Below are positions 1 to 11,531 of a DNA stretch of 32,000 nucleotides, one piece after another. Numbering within the stretch: the first letter of the stretch is position 1; the number at the start of each line of letters is the position of its first letter. The notes beneath the pieces were generated by a model that did not search any database, was not told the DNA's origin, and was given only the letters and a program-made list of their open reading frames with translations. Location: assembly GCA_000008885.1 (NCBI GenBank), contig BA000021.3, forward strand, positions 240,001-272,000. Direction: 5' to 3'. The translations under genes were made by a program, and so were the position numbers. The DNA comes from Wigglesworthia glossinidia endosymbiont of Glossina brevipalpis (lineage in GTDB: Bacteria > Pseudomonadota > Gammaproteobacteria > Enterobacterales > Enterobacteriaceae).

Positions 1-55
1 CTTTAGAAGTTCCAATTTCTAGCCCAACTACTAGTTTTTTATCAGTCGCTTTCAT
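1..55 (-). CDS. ftsA: Cell division protein FtsA, N-terminal 18 codons only; the rest lies beyond the window edge
   Basis: Reading the minus strand from 55 gives ATG AAA GCG ACT GAT AAA AAA CTA GTA GTT GGG CTA GAA ATT GGA ACT TCT AAA, i.e. MKATDKKLVVGLEIGTSK. This matches the recalled E. coli FtsA N-terminus MIKATDRKLVVGLEIGTAK. It sits directly downstream of ftsQ, as in dcw clusters. Confidence 0.8.
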   Translation of the reverse strand, partial: MKATDKKLVVGLEIGTSK

Positions 56-95
56 TAAATTTTTTTTCCATACTTATTTTAGTATATTAAAATTA

Positions 96-824
96 TTATT
101 TATATTTAATTGCTACTCCTGAATTGTATCTTAGATCTATATATTTAATATTTTTTTTTTCATTAAAAGATTTTTTTATTAATTCTGGATATATTTTGAT
201 AAATATATTTAATTTTTTTATTTTATCATAACGACCTAATTTTAATTTTAAATTATTATTTAATGTTATTTCCCAAGAAAATATATTATTAATATTAACT
301 GTTTTTAATTCTATATTATTATTATTTAGTATATTTTTTATAATTAGCAATGTTTCTATAATTATTTTTTTATTTTTATTTTTAAAATATATCTTTGGAA
401 GATTAATATTTTTTTTTTTAATAAATGGAATATTAAAAATTGTTCCATTATAATCAATTAATTGAAAATCATTCCAAATTCCTATCGGAACATATTCCGA
501 TAAATTTAACACTAAACAATTAGGCCATTTCTTTTCTATAATATAATTTTTAATCCATGACATTTTTTCGATTTGAATCTTGATAAATTCAATATCTTTC
601 TTTACAAAATTTTTAGATAATTTTAAATTTAAAAAAATTTGACGAATATCTTCTTGTGGAGTAAAATTCATGTTTCCTTTTATGATTATATGAGAAATAG
701 GGAATAGAGATAATATATTTGAAATATTTAAAATTTTTAAAATAAACCAAAATATGCTAGATAAAGATGAAAAAAATAAAATAATTTCTAATATTTTTTT
801 ATAATTTTTTATTATATATTTCAT
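96..824 (-). CDS. ftsQ: Cell division protein FtsQ
   Basis: 242-aa ORF with ATG at 822-824. It has an N-terminal hydrophobic anchor. The POTRA-like block EDIRQIFLNL...WIKNYIIEKKWPNCLVLNLSEYVPIGIWND parallels E. coli FtsQ (DDIRQSILAL...[30 protein letters not shown]). It lies between murC and ftsA. Confidence 0.88.
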   Translation of the reverse strand: MKYIIKNYKKILEIILFFSSLSSIFWFILKILNISNILSLFPISHIIIKGNMNFTPQEDIRQIFLNLKLSKNFVKKDIEFIKIQIEKMSWIKNYIIEKKWPNCLVLNLSEYVPIGIWNDFQLIDYNGTIFNIPFIKKKNINLPKIYFKNKNKKIIIETLLIIKNILNNNNIELKTVNINNIFSWEITLNNNLKLKLGRYDKIKKLNIFIKIYPELIKKSFNEKKNIKYIDLRYNSGVAIKYK

Positions 825-844
825 TTATGTTATTTATTAAAATA

Positions 845-2272
845 TTATAATAACAATTTACTTGTTAATTTTTTAAAAATGTTTTCTATCGTACCAGCTC
901 CTTGTAATAATAAAATATCATTATTTTTTAATAACAACTCTAATTTTTTAAATAAAAATTTTTCATTAGGTATAAATATAACGTGAGATCTTTTTAAAGC
1001 CATTATTGATTGACAAAGATTTTTACTATTTATTTTATAAATAGGATTCTCTCCAGCAGAATATATTTCCATAATTAATAAAATATCTACAGTAGATAAT
1101 ACTTTTACGAAATAATTATACAAATATTTAGTTCTAGTATATTTATGAGGTTGAAATATCATAATCAATCTTCTTTTATTCCATATTTTTTTAACAGATT
1201 TAATTGTTAATTTCAACTCGGTTGGATGATGACCATAGTCATCTACTATTGTTATAGTACCTTTTTTATTGTTTAAATTAGACAAATCATATTTATTTAT
1301 GAAATCAAATCTTCTATTTATACCTGGAAATTTTTTTATAGAATTTAAAATTATATTATATTTTATTCCTTCTTTTATTGCAATAGTTATAGCTGCTGTT
1401 ATATTTAATGCGTTATGCTTTCCTAAAAGATTAGATACAAATTTTAAATATCTTTTTTGATGCTTAATATAAACAATAAAAATTATCTTTTTATTTGATT
1501 GAAAAAATTTTGTTATGCAAAAATCAGAATTTCTATTAAATCCATAAGTTACAATTTTTTTATTTATTAATGGAATTATTTTTTTAATTTCTATGTCATC
1601 TAGACATAATACAGAATATCCATAAAATGGTATATTATGCAAAAATTTAATAAAAGATTCTTTTAATTTTTTAAAATTTCCTTGATAAGATTCTAGATGA
1701 TCTTTTTCTATGTTTGTAACCACAGATATAATTGGTCTAAAAAATAAAAATGAATTATCACTTTCGTCTGCTTCAGAAATCCAGTATTTACTGTTTCCTA
1801 AATTTCCATAATCATCAGAATTATTTAATCTGCCTCCGTATAAATAAGTAGGAAATAATTTGGCTTCTTTGTAAATATAAGATATTATTGAAGTTGTAGT
1901 TGTTTTTCCATGTGTGCCAGACACTATAATTCCATATTTAAATCTCATAAGTTCTGAAAGAAATTCAGCTCTTTTTACTACAGGAATATTTAATTTTTTT
2001 GCGTAAATTATTTCTAAATTATCTTCTTTTATTGCGCTAGAAACTACAATAATTGTTGATTCGATAATATTATTAGCACAATGTTGATTGTATATTTTTG
2101 CTCCTAAAACAGAAAGTTTTTTTGTTATTAAATTTTCTTTGATGTCTGATCCACTGATTTTATATCCTAGCTTAATACAAATTTCAGCTAGGGCTCCCAT
2201 TCCAACTCCTCCTATTCCAACAAAATGAATATTGTCAGATCTTAAAATTTTAGAAAAAAATAAATTATTCAT
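845..2272 (-). CDS. murC: UDP-N-acetylmuramate--L-alanine ligase MurC
   Basis: 475 aa with an ATG start. It has the N-terminal Rossmann motif HFVGIGGVGMG and the Mur-ligase P-loop GTHGKTTT. Its dcw position is conserved. Confidence 0.97.
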   Translation of the reverse strand: MNNLFFSKILRSDNIHFVGIGGVGMGALAEICIKLGYKISGSDIKENLITKKLSVLGAKIYNQHCANNIIESTIIVVSSAIKEDNLEIIYAKKLNIPVVKRAEFLSELMRFKYGIIVSGTHGKTTTTSIISYIYKEAKLFPTYLYGGRLNNSDDYGNLGNSKYWISEADESDNSFLFFRPIISVVTNIEKDHLESYQGNFKKLKESFIKFLHNIPFYGYSVLCLDDIEIKKIIPLINKKIVTYGFNRNSDFCITKFFQSNKKIIFIVYIKHQKRYLKFVSNLLGKHNALNITAAITIAIKEGIKYNIILNSIKKFPGINRRFDFINKYDLSNLNNKKGTITIVDDYGHHPTELKLTIKSVKKIWNKRRLIMIFQPHKYTRTKYLYNYFVKVLSTVDILLIMEIYSAGENPIYKINSKNLCQSIMALKRSHVIFIPNEKFLFKKLELLLKNNDILLLQGAGTIENIFKKLTSKLLL

Positions 2273-2293
2273 TTTTTATTTTATAAAAATTAT

Positions 2294-3373
2294 TTATTTA
2301 ACAAGACCAATTAAATTATTAATTTCTTTTATTATTTTTTTTGCAGAATTTGTAATTGATAAATTTTTAGATTTTTGTGACATAATTAATGATTTTTTTC
2401 TATCCCAGCTAGATAATAATTTTATTAATTTTTTTTTAGTAAAATCTTTTTGATTTATAATTTCTGCAGCACCTATTTTTTCTAATATTTTAGCGTTCCA
2501 ATATTGATGATTATCTTTATGGTTATATGGAACAAACAATGCAGCAATTCCTATACTAGAAATTTCGCTTACTGTTAGAGCTCCAGATCTGCAAATTATT
2601 AAATCTGCCCATTCATAAGCTATTGAAATGTCTTTTATAAAATCAAACACTTTATATTCTGTATGATGAAATAATTTTTCATATTTACTTTTTACTAATT
2701 CATATTCGCTATATCCGGATTGATGCCATATATGGAATTTATTAGGCAAATATTTAGCTACATCTGGAATTACTAGATTTAATATACTAGCTCCTTGACT
2801 TCCTCCGATTACTAATATTCTTAATGGCCCGAATCTTCCTAAAAATCTTTTTTCTGGTGTTTTTATTTTTAAAATAGCATTTCTTATTGGATTCCCTACA
2901 ACTTTAGCTCTAGGAAATGTATTAGGAAATGCTTGTAAAATTTTACAATTAGTTAATTTATATAAAATATAATTGGATAATCCAGGAACACTGTTTTGTT
3001 CATGAATTATTAAAGGAACCTTAGATATCCATGTTGCTATTGCTCCTGGAAAAGATACGTATCCTCCTATAGATAAAACAATATCTGGTTTATAATATTT
3101 AATTAATTTTTTTATTTTTAAAATAGAATATGCTGTTTTTATTAAACTAATTAATTTTAAAAAAATATTATTTCCATTGAATCCAATGACATTTATTTTA
3201 TAAATTTTTATATTACTTTTTGGAATTAAATAAGATTCTATTCTATCAGAAGATCCAATCCATAATATTTCACATCCAATTTTTATTAATTGTTCAGCTA
3301 TAGATAAACCTACAAATACATGACCTCCACTTCCTCCTCCTGTTATAATAATTTTTATTTTTGTATTTTTCAT
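2294..3373 (-). CDS. murG: UDP-GlcNAc:lipid I N-acetylglucosaminyltransferase MurG
   Basis: 359 aa with the N-terminal glycine loop GGGSGGH. Length and position are typical of MurG. Its ATG at 3371-3373 overlaps the ftsW TGA stop, giving an ATGA overlap. Confidence 0.97.
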   Translation of the reverse strand: MKNTKIKIIITGGGSGGHVFVGLSIAEQLIKIGCEILWIGSSDRIESYLIPKSNIKIYKINVIGFNGNNIFLKLISLIKTAYSILKIKKLIKYYKPDIVLSIGGYVSFPGAIATWISKVPLIIHEQNSVPGLSNYILYKLTNCKILQAFPNTFPRAKVVGNPIRNAILKIKTPEKRFLGRFGPLRILVIGGSQGASILNLVIPDVAKYLPNKFHIWHQSGYSEYELVKSKYEKLFHHTEYKVFDFIKDISIAYEWADLIICRSGALTVSEISSIGIAALFVPYNHKDNHQYWNAKILEKIGAAEIINQKDFTKKKLIKLLSSWDRKKSLIMSQKSKNLSITNSAKKIIKEINNLIGLVK

Positions 3374-4515
3374 TGTTTTAAATAAGCTTGATATTTATTT
3401 ATTCGCAATTCAAAATCTGATCTTATTACTATGGCTATAGCAGAAAATATAGTTATTAAACTTGATCCTCCATAACTAATAAATGGCAATGTTAATCCTT
3501 TTATGGGCAAAATTCCAATCACTCCTCCAACATTCATTATTGTTTGTAGACTAATCCAAATTCCTACAGAAAAAGAAAAATATCCAGAGAAAAATTTTTT
3601 TTGTATGAAAGAATTTTTACCTATCAAGAATATACGAAAAATTACGAAAAATAACATTATCAATATTATAATAGATCCTATATATCCTAGTTCTTCTCCT
3701 AAAATGGAAAAAATAAAATCTGTGTAAGCTTCTGGAAGATATTCAAGTTTTTGTATTGAATTCCCAAGTCCAGTCCCGATAATCTTGCCTCTTCCAAGAG
3801 CCATCAATGATTGAGTAAGTTGATATCCGCTATTAAATGGGTCTTCCCATGGATCTAAAAAAGATAAAATCCTTCTTATTCTGTAAGGTTTAAATATGAT
3901 TAAAATAAAAATAGTTAATAGTCCAAATAAAAACATAAAACAGCATTTCCATAAATTTATTCCTGCTAAAAAGAATAACAATAATGTTGTTAAAAATAAT
4001 ATTAAAGAATTTCCTAAATCGGGTTGCATAAGTAATAATATTACAAATATTAACATAATTATAATAGGTTTTAAAAAACCCCATAATTTATTTTTTAACT
4101 CTTTATTTTTTTTTACTATATAATCTGATATATAAAAAAATAATATTAATTTTGAGCATTCTGAAGGCTGAATACTAAAAAATCCAATTTTTATCCAACG
4201 AATTGCTCCATTAATGGAATTTCCAATAATAAAAACTATAATTAATAAAAATAAATTAATAAGTAATGCAATTTTATTATATTTTTCCAATTGATTTATA
4301 GGAATCCTTATGATCTGAAAAAATAAAAAAAAAGATAAAAAAAAATACAATAAATTACGTTTTGCAAAATAAAAATAATCGTTATGCAATCTTATTCCAA
4401 AAGATATAGATGCAGATGAAACTATTATAATTCCTATAATGCTTAAAGATATCAATAAAAAAAACAAAATTTTATCATAAAAAAATATTTTTACAATTTT
4501 TTTTTTATTATTCAT
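3370..4515 (-). CDS. ftsW: SEDS-family lipid II polymerase and cell division protein FtsW
   Basis: 381-aa polytopic membrane protein. The block PEAYTDFIFSILGEELGYIG matches E. coli FtsW [20 protein letters not shown]. It lies between murD and murG. Confidence 0.95.
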   Translation of the reverse strand: MNNKKKIVKIFFYDKILFFLLISLSIIGIIIVSSASISFGIRLHNDYFYFAKRNLLYFFLSFFLFFQIIRIPINQLEKYNKIALLINLFLLIIVFIIGNSINGAIRWIKIGFFSIQPSECSKLILFFYISDYIVKKNKELKNKLWGFLKPIIIMLIFVILLLMQPDLGNSLILFLTTLLLFFLAGINLWKCCFMFLFGLLTIFILIIFKPYRIRRILSFLDPWEDPFNSGYQLTQSLMALGRGKIIGTGLGNSIQKLEYLPEAYTDFIFSILGEELGYIGSIIILIMLFFVIFRIFLIGKNSFIQKKFFSGYFSFSVGIWISLQTIMNVGGVIGILPIKGLTLPFISYGGSSLITIFSAIAIVIRSDFELRINKYQAYLKQ

Positions 4516-4529
4516 TGTATTGATTTTAA

Positions 4530-5846
4530 TTAACCTATTTTTTGTGCTAATTTGGTAAATTTTTCACCTCTTTCTTTAAAGTTCTTGAACTGGTCTAAGC
4601 TAGAACAAGCTGGTGAAAGCAAAACTATGTCTCCATGATTTAAATTTTCTTTTATTTTTATCATAGAATGATATAATGTATCATTTATAAATGAATCAGT
4701 AGAAATCTTTGACAAAAGATAAGCGTCTTTTCCAAAACAATATAATTTAATTTTTTTATTTCTTATAATTTTCATTAAAGGCAATAAATTTGCTTTTTTG
4801 CTATCTCCTCCTAGTAATAAATGAATATTTCCTTTTATTTTAATTGATGATAAAGCAGCTATTGTGCTTGAAACATTGGTAGATTTAGAATCATTTATCC
4901 AAGAAATATTGTTTTTTTTATGTATTATTTGAAATCTATGAGGTAATCCAGAAAAATTTTTTAATGTGTTCAAACTTATTTCTCTTGGAATTTTTAAAAT
5001 ATCAGAAAATATTAATGAAACTAATGCATTTAAATAATTATGAAAACCTGAAATTTTCATTTCTGAGCATTTTAATAAAAATTTATTATTAACTACCATC
5101 CAATTATTTTTTTTATGTTTTTTTATACAATATTTTCCTTTATGGGAAGAAAATCCTATACAAACTGATTTATTTTTATGAACAGGCCATGTCATATAGT
5201 CATCTAAATTTATTATTTTTACTTTAGCATTTTTATATATTTTTAATTTAATTAGACGATATTGATTTATTCCTAATGGATATCTATCCATATGATCATG
5301 AGTTACATTTAATATAGAAGAAGCTATTGTTTTGAGGTTAAAGGTTGTTTCTAGTTGAAAACTAGATAATTCAATAATATATAATTGATAACTTTTTTCA
5401 TTTAAAAGATCTAAAGCCGGAGTTCCTAAATTACCTCCTATTCCAACACTTAATCCTGAATTTAATGCAATTGCTCCTATCATAGAAGTCACAGTACTTT
5501 TACCATTTGACCCAGTAATTGCTATAATTGGTCTTGATGCTTCTCTAGCAAATAATTCAATATCTCCAATAATTTCTATATTTAATTTTTTTGCAATAAT
5601 TAAAGATGGATGATACAAAGATACTCCTGGACTAATAATTATTAATTTAGCATTAATTAACCATTTAACGTTTAAGCTACCTAAATGGCAAGGAATATCA
5701 TATGGAACATACTTTAAATATTCAGGTGAATATGAATCATCCATTATGTATGTTTTTATTCCTCTTTTATAAAAAAAATTAACGCAAGACAATCCTGTTA
5801 TTCCTAAACCAATAATTACTATTTTCTTACCTAAATATGATTTCAT
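4530..5846 (-). CDS. murD: UDP-N-acetylmuramoylalanine--D-glutamate ligase MurD
   Basis: 438 aa with the N-terminal dinucleotide-fold motif [10 protein letters not shown] and the Mur-ligase P-loop GSNGKST. It lies 1 nt downstream of the mraY stop. Confidence 0.97.
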
Positions 5847-5847
5847 A

Positions 5848-6930
5848 TCATCTCACTTTTAGTGTGGAAATTCCCAATAATACTAAAATAAAAGAAATAA
5901 TCCAAAATCTTACAATTAATCTAGGTTCTGGACATCCTCTTAGCTCATAATGATGATGTATAGGAGCCATTTTAAAAATTCTTTGCCCTGATATTTTAAA
6001 AAAAATTACTTGTAAAATAACAGATATTGTTTCTAATACAAATACACCTCCCATTATAAATAATAATATTTCTTGTCTAGTTAATACTGAAATTATTCCT
6101 AAAGCTCCACCTAAAGATAAAGAACCTACATCCCCCATAAATATTTTAGCAGGATATGTATTAAACCAAAGAAAACCAAGACCAGATCCAATTATTGAAG
6201 TACATATTATTACTAATTCTCCTGAAAATTTTATATAAGGAATATTTAAATAACTAGAAAAATTTATGTTTCCAGTAACCCAAGCTATAATAGCAAGACC
6301 AGCAGATATAAATACTGTAGGCATAATAGCTAACCCATCTAATCCATCTGTTAAATTTACAGCATTGCTAGAACCAACTATAACAAAATAAGATAACAAT
6401 ATATACCATAAACCTAATTGTGGCATAATATCTTTAAAAAATGGTATTACTAATTTAGTAGCATTAGTATTTTGATATTTTAAAAATATAAAAACAGAAA
6501 TTGAAATTGCTATTATAGACTGCCAAATATATTTCCATTTTGCTTTTAATCCTTGAGAATTTTTATTAATGATTTTTTTATAATCATCAAAAAATCCTAT
6601 TATTCCATATCCAGTTAAAACATATAAAACGTACCAAATATAAGAATTTGACAAATGAGACCAAGAAAGAACAGAAAAAATTACTGACACAAGAATCATC
6701 ACCCCACCCATTGTAGGGGTGTTGCATTTATATAAATGAGATTTAGGTCCGTCTAGTCTAATAATTTGTTTTATTTGAAATTTTTTTAAGAATAAAATTA
6801 CTCTAGGGCCAAAAAATAAGGATAAAAAAAAAGATGTCAATAAACTTATTATAGATCTGATTGTTAAGTAAGAAAAAACATTGAAACCAGAATATAAATA
6901 AACTAACTTTTCACATAACCATACTAGCAT
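5848..6930 (-). CDS. mraY: Phospho-N-acetylmuramoyl-pentapeptide transferase MraY
   Basis: 360 aa. The N-terminus [27 protein letters not shown] matches E. coli [27 protein letters not shown]. The catalytic block [13 protein letters not shown] is present. Confidence 0.98.
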
Positions 6931-8302
6931 GTCTAGCGCTCTCCTGAAGCATTTTTACTATGTTGTATGCGTCTGTTTTATTAGAACCTTTTATTAAAAC
7001 AGTAATAATCGGATATCTAGAAATCATTTTAATTGTTTCGCTTATTAAATAATCTATATTATAAAAATGTTTTCCTTTTTTGCTAAAAATACTAGAAAAA
7101 TAACTTAAATAACCAATGCTAAAGACTTTGTTTATTTTAGATTTTGAAATAAAAAATCCAATGTTTTTGTGAATAATTATTTCTTTTTGTTTTCCTAATT
7201 CTAAAATGTCTCCAATAATAATTATTTTATAACCTGGCATATTATTTAACACAGATATAGCTGATATCATAGATCCTACATTGGCATTGTAACTATCATC
7301 TATAATTATTTTGTTTTTGTTTAAAAAAATAGGAAATAATCTTCTTTTGAATGGATAAGATTTTTTTAATCCATATTTTATGCTTTCCATACTTGCTCCA
7401 ACTAAAAAAGATATTGCAATAGCAGCCATAGCGTTAAATAAATTATGATATCCTATTAATGGCAGAGAAACTTCACACTCTTCTTTTTGAGTTGATATTG
7501 AAAATTTAATACAAAAATTTTCTTTTTTTATATTTTTTAAATAAAAATATTTTTTTTTATTTTTTATAATTCCAAACCAAAAAACTAAATTATCTTTTAA
7601 CTTTTTCTTCCATTCTTTCCAATCATTACTATTATAATTTAATACTATTATTCCATTTTTTTTGCCTTGAATTCCTGAAAAAATTTCTTCTTTTGCTTTT
7701 GAAACTCCATTAATAGATTTAAAACCAGAAAGATGAGACTCTGAAATATTATTAATTAATGCTATATCTGGTTTAATTAAATTAGAAGAAGTTTTTATTT
7801 CTCCGAATTTATTTCCACCAACTTCAATAATTGCAAAATTATGATTTTTGTTCAATCTAAGCAAAGTTAAAGGAACTCCAATATTATTATTAAAGTTTTT
7901 TTTTGTTGCAATTGTATTGCTAAATGTATTTAAAATATTAAAAATTATTTCTTTTACTGATGTTTTTCCAGAAGAACCAGTTATTGCTATTATTTTAGCT
8001 TTTGAATTCTCCCTGATCCATTTAGATAGCCTTAATAAAGATATGATAGTATTTTTTACAATTAAATGAGGAATATTTATGTTAACTTTCCTTGCATTAA
8101 TAACTGCTACAGCTCCATTTTTAATAGATTCTTTAATAAAACATTCTCCGTTAAATTTTTTTCCTTTAATAGCAATAAATAAGCAATTTTTTTTATTAAA
8201 AATTTTTCTAGAATCTATAGAAATTGAATTAATTTTACAATTATTTCCTATTAATTTTGCATTTAAGATAAGCGCTATATCTTTTAAATAAAGATTAATC
8301 AT
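6911..8302 (-). CDS. murF: UDP-MurNAc-tripeptide--D-alanyl-D-alanine ligase MurF
   Basis: 463 aa with the Mur-ligase P-loop GSSGKTS. The 3' end overlaps the mraY start by 20 nt. The ATG at 8300-8302 overlaps the murE TGA stop, giving an ATGA overlap. Confidence 0.95.
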
Positions 8303-9789
8303 GTTTTATATAATATCTTATTTACTAATATTTGATCTGAAAAAAATACTTTTTTATATTTAAACACTTGATGCTCTTCATGTCCTTTTCCTAATATCAA
8401 AACAATATCTTTTTCATTGCTATTATCAATTGCAAACTTAATAGCGTGTTCTCTAGATGGAATTATATTTACTTTATTTAAATTTTTTATTCCAATTTTT
8501 ATATCGTTAAATATTTTTGTTTCTGATTCAGATCTAGGATTATCATTTGTAAGAATTATATTAATTGAATAAAGATCACAAATTTTGCCCATAACTCTTC
8601 TTTTGCTTTTATCTCTATCTCCTCCACACCCAAATATAGACCAAATATTTTTCTTAAAATGCAACTTGATTGCTGACAATACTTTTTCTAAAGCATCTGG
8701 AGTATGAGCATAATCCACTATAACTCTTGGAATTTTTTTTACATAAAATATTTTCATACGCCCATTGGGCATAGTCAAATTTTCTGCTACATTGGCTAAA
8801 GATTTAAAGTTATATCCTAATGTTAGTAGTGCAACAAAAGATAATAATAAATTATTAATATTAAATTCTCCAAATATTTTTGTATTTATTACACAAGACC
8901 CCCAACTAGATGATATAGAAAGTTTTGTTCCAAAATAATGGAAAAATATATCTTTTACATACATTTTTAAATTTTTAAATTTTTTTATTGAATTTTTTTT
9001 TGTAGAAACAATTATAGAATTAGGTATTTTTTTTATCCAATTTTTTCCAATTACATCATCATAATTAATAATATATTTATATACATTTAATTTAGAAAAT
9101 AATTTCCATTTAGACTGCTCATACTGCATCATATTTTTATGATAATCAATATGATCTTGGCTTAAATTTGAAAATATTGCAGAAAAAAAATTTATATTAT
9201 TTACTCTATTTTGATGCAATCCATGAGAAGAAACTTCCATTACAACAGTATTTATATTTTTTTTTAAAAAAAAATTAAGTAATTTTTGACATTTTATTGC
9301 AGAGTTTGTAGTATTTTTAGATTTTTTCATTTTATTTAAACATCCATATCCTAATGTACCAATAATTCCAATTTTTTCCCCTAACAAAAATAACCATTTT
9401 GCAATAAAATGAGATATTGTAGTTTTCCCATTTGTTCCAGTTATTCCAATTACATTCATATACCTAGATGGATGTAAATAAAATTTACCTGATAATTCAG
9501 AAAGAGAATAATTTAAATTATAAAAATAAATTATTGGAATGTTCTTTATAAAATAAATAATACCATGTTTTAATATATTTTTAGTTTCTATTAAAATAAT
9601 TGAAGAACCATTTTTTATTGCTTCAAAGATAAAATTTTTTCCATGATTACAATTTCCATATAATGCAATAAATATATCATTTTTAATTATTTTTTTACTA
9701 TTCAATTTAATTGAATTCAATTTAATTTTTGATATATCAGTAGATATCCAAGGGAAAAGAAATTTTTTTAAATTAATTATTTTAATCAT
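8299..9789 (-). CDS. murE: UDP-MurNAc-L-Ala-D-Glu--2,6-diaminopimelate ligase MurE
   Basis: 496 aa with the P-loop GTNGKTT. The DNPR motif (LTNDNPRSE) is characteristic of meso-DAP-adding MurE enzymes. It occupies the expected dcw position. Confidence 0.95.
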   Translation of the reverse strand: MIKIINLKKFLFPWISTDISKIKLNSIKLNSKKIIKNDIFIALYGNCNHGKNFIFEAIKNGSSIILIETKNILKHGIIYFIKNIPIIYFYNLNYSLSELSGKFYLHPSRYMNVIGITGTNGKTTISHFIAKWLFLLGEKIGIIGTLGYGCLNKMKKSKNTTNSAIKCQKLLNFFLKKNINTVVMEVSSHGLHQNRVNNINFFSAIFSNLSQDHIDYHKNMMQYEQSKWKLFSKLNVYKYIINYDDVIGKNWIKKIPNSIIVSTKKNSIKKFKNLKMYVKDIFFHYFGTKLSISSSWGSCVINTKIFGEFNINNLLLSFVALLTLGYNFKSLANVAENLTMPNGRMKIFYVKKIPRVIVDYAHTPDALEKVLSAIKLHFKKNIWSIFGCGGDRDKSKRRVMGKICDLYSINIILTNDNPRSESETKIFNDIKIGIKNLNKVNIIPSREHAIKFAIDNSNEKDIVLILGKGHEEHQVFKYKKVFFSDQILVNKILYKT

Positions 9790-9807
9790 TATATATTTTG
9801 TTTATGT

Positions 9808-11496
9808 TTAATTTATAAAAATAGTATTTTCTGGAAAATAATTTGGAATTATATTCATTTCATGTAATACATTGTTCATTATTTTACTAAAAATAGGAGC
9901 AGAAACAGATCCTCCGTAATATTTACCTGCTTTTGGATCGTTAATTATTACTATTAAAGCAAATTTAGGATTATTTGCTGGAGCAATTCCAGCGGCAAAA
10001 GAAATATATTTATTAATATAATTTCCATATGGACCAACTTTTTTAGCAGTTCCAGTTTTTACTGCGACTCTATATCCTTGTACAGATGCTTTAACTCCGC
10101 TTCCACCTGGAAGAGCAACGCTCTCCATCATATTAATAACTTTCCTAATTATGCTAGGAGATGATATTTGTTTTCCATTAATAGGTTCATTTACTTTTAT
10201 TATGGATAAAGGATTCATCAAACCAATATTCCCAATAGTTGCATACATATGAGCTAATTGCAATGGTGTAACCATTAATCCATATCCATAAGAAAAAGTT
10301 GCTTTTTCTAATTCAGACCATTTATTTTTTTTTGGGAAAAATCCGTTGCTTTCCCCTACTAATCCTAGTTTAGTTGATTTATCTAACCCAAACAATCTAT
10401 AAGTATCTAATAAATATCCAAATGGCATAGATAATGCTATTTTTGATACTCCGACATTGCTAGATTTTTTTAGAATCCCTTCTGTATCAAGTTCTTTGTA
10501 ATCAACTACATCTTTTATTTTATATCCATCTACTATGTATGGACGAGTGTCTATTAAAGTATTTTCTTTTATTATATTCTTTTGTAATGCTGAAATTATT
10601 ACTATTGGTTTTATTATAGATCCTGGCTCAAAATTATCGGTAATTGCTATATTTCTCATAATACTTTTTTTTGTTTTAGACAGGTTATTTGGATTGTATG
10701 AAGGAGCATTAGTCATGGCTAATATTTCTCCATTATTTACATCTACTAAAATAGCTGTTCCTGATTCTGCTTTATGCAATTCTACCGATTTTTTTAACTC
10801 TTTATATATTAAAGTTTGTAAATTAATATCAATACTTAATATTAGATCTTTTGATTTTTTTGATTTTTTCAATAATAAAAAATCAATTATTTTACCAAAT
10901 CTATCTTTTCTTATCTTTTTTTTTCCTGGAATTCCGGATAACCAATCATCAAAACTTTTTTCTATTCCTTCTATTCCTTGACTATCTATGTTAGTTATTC
11001 CAATAATATGAGCTGCAGCTTGCCCTATAGGATAATATCTTTTGAATTCTTTTTTTAAATAAATTCCTGGTAATTTAAGTTGATCTATGTAGTCGCTTAT
11101 ATCTGAATTTACTTGTCTAGATAGATATACAAATCTACTATTTGGGTTGTCATTTATTTTTTTTATTAGTTGGTCAAAAGAAATAGACAATGCATCAGAT
11201 AAAGCTTTCCAATAAATATCTTTTACTATTCCAAAGTTGCTATTAATTTCTTTAGGATCAGCCCAAACAGAACTTACTGGAACACTTATTGCTAATGGAC
11301 GTTTTTTACGATCTAGAATCATACCTCTCGTTATAGATATAGGTTCTATACGCAATGATCTCATATTACTTTCTTTTATTAAATAATACGGATTAATAAT
11401 TTGTAAATAAGTTATTCTCAGTATCAAAATAAAAAAAGAAAATATAATTAATAAAATTAAAAACAAAAATCTCCATTTGATAAGAATAATACTCAT
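9808..11496 (-). CDS. ftsI: Division-specific peptidoglycan transpeptidase FtsI (PBP3)
   Basis: 562 aa with an N-terminal TM anchor. All three penicillin-binding motifs are present: SxxK (GSIIKP), SxN (KSSNVG) and KTG (VKTGTAKK). Similarity to E. coli FtsI is extensive, for example QGIEGIEKSFDDWLSG and FSYGYGLMVTPLQLA. Confidence 0.96.
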   Translation of the reverse strand: MSIILIKWRFLFLILLIIFSFFILILRITYLQIINPYYLIKESNMRSLRIEPISITRGMILDRKKRPLAISVPVSSVWADPKEINSNFGIVKDIYWKALSDALSISFDQLIKKINDNPNSRFVYLSRQVNSDISDYIDQLKLPGIYLKKEFKRYYPIGQAAAHIIGITNIDSQGIEGIEKSFDDWLSGIPGKKKIRKDRFGKIIDFLLLKKSKKSKDLILSIDINLQTLIYKELKKSVELHKAESGTAILVDVNNGEILAMTNAPSYNPNNLSKTKKSIMRNIAITDNFEPGSIIKPIVIISALQKNIIKENTLIDTRPYIVDGYKIKDVVDYKELDTEGILKKSSNVGVSKIALSMPFGYLLDTYRLFGLDKSTKLGLVGESNGFFPKKNKWSELEKATFSYGYGLMVTPLQLAHMYATIGNIGLMNPLSIIKVNEPINGKQISSPSIIRKVINMMESVALPGGSGVKASVQGYRVAVKTGTAKKVGPYGNYINKYISFAAGIAPANNPKFALIVIINDPKAGKYYGGSVSAPIFSKIMNNVLHEMNIIPNYFPENTIFIN

Positions 11497-11531
11497 TTAT
11501 TTATATATTAAAATTTTTATTAATTATAAAT

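Noticed and set aside
825-844. Possible ddlB pseudogene remnant between murC and ftsQ.
   Set aside because: Only 20 nt separate the two genes. Neither the MurC C-terminus nor the FtsQ N-terminus carries Ddl-like sequence, so no remnant is detectable.
10535-10981. A 148-aa plus-strand ORF antisense to ftsI, surprisingly long for such an A+T-rich genome.
   Set aside because: It lies wholly inside a well-supported gene. Its first codon position pairs with the sense second position. In that frame, antisense stops arise only where the sense strand has NNY-TAN or NNT-CAN, i.e. Tyr, His or Gln in particular contexts. It is therefore the expected stop-poor shadow frame. The peptide is Phe/Ile/Leu/Ser-rich, as a complement of Lys/Asn/Glu codons would be.
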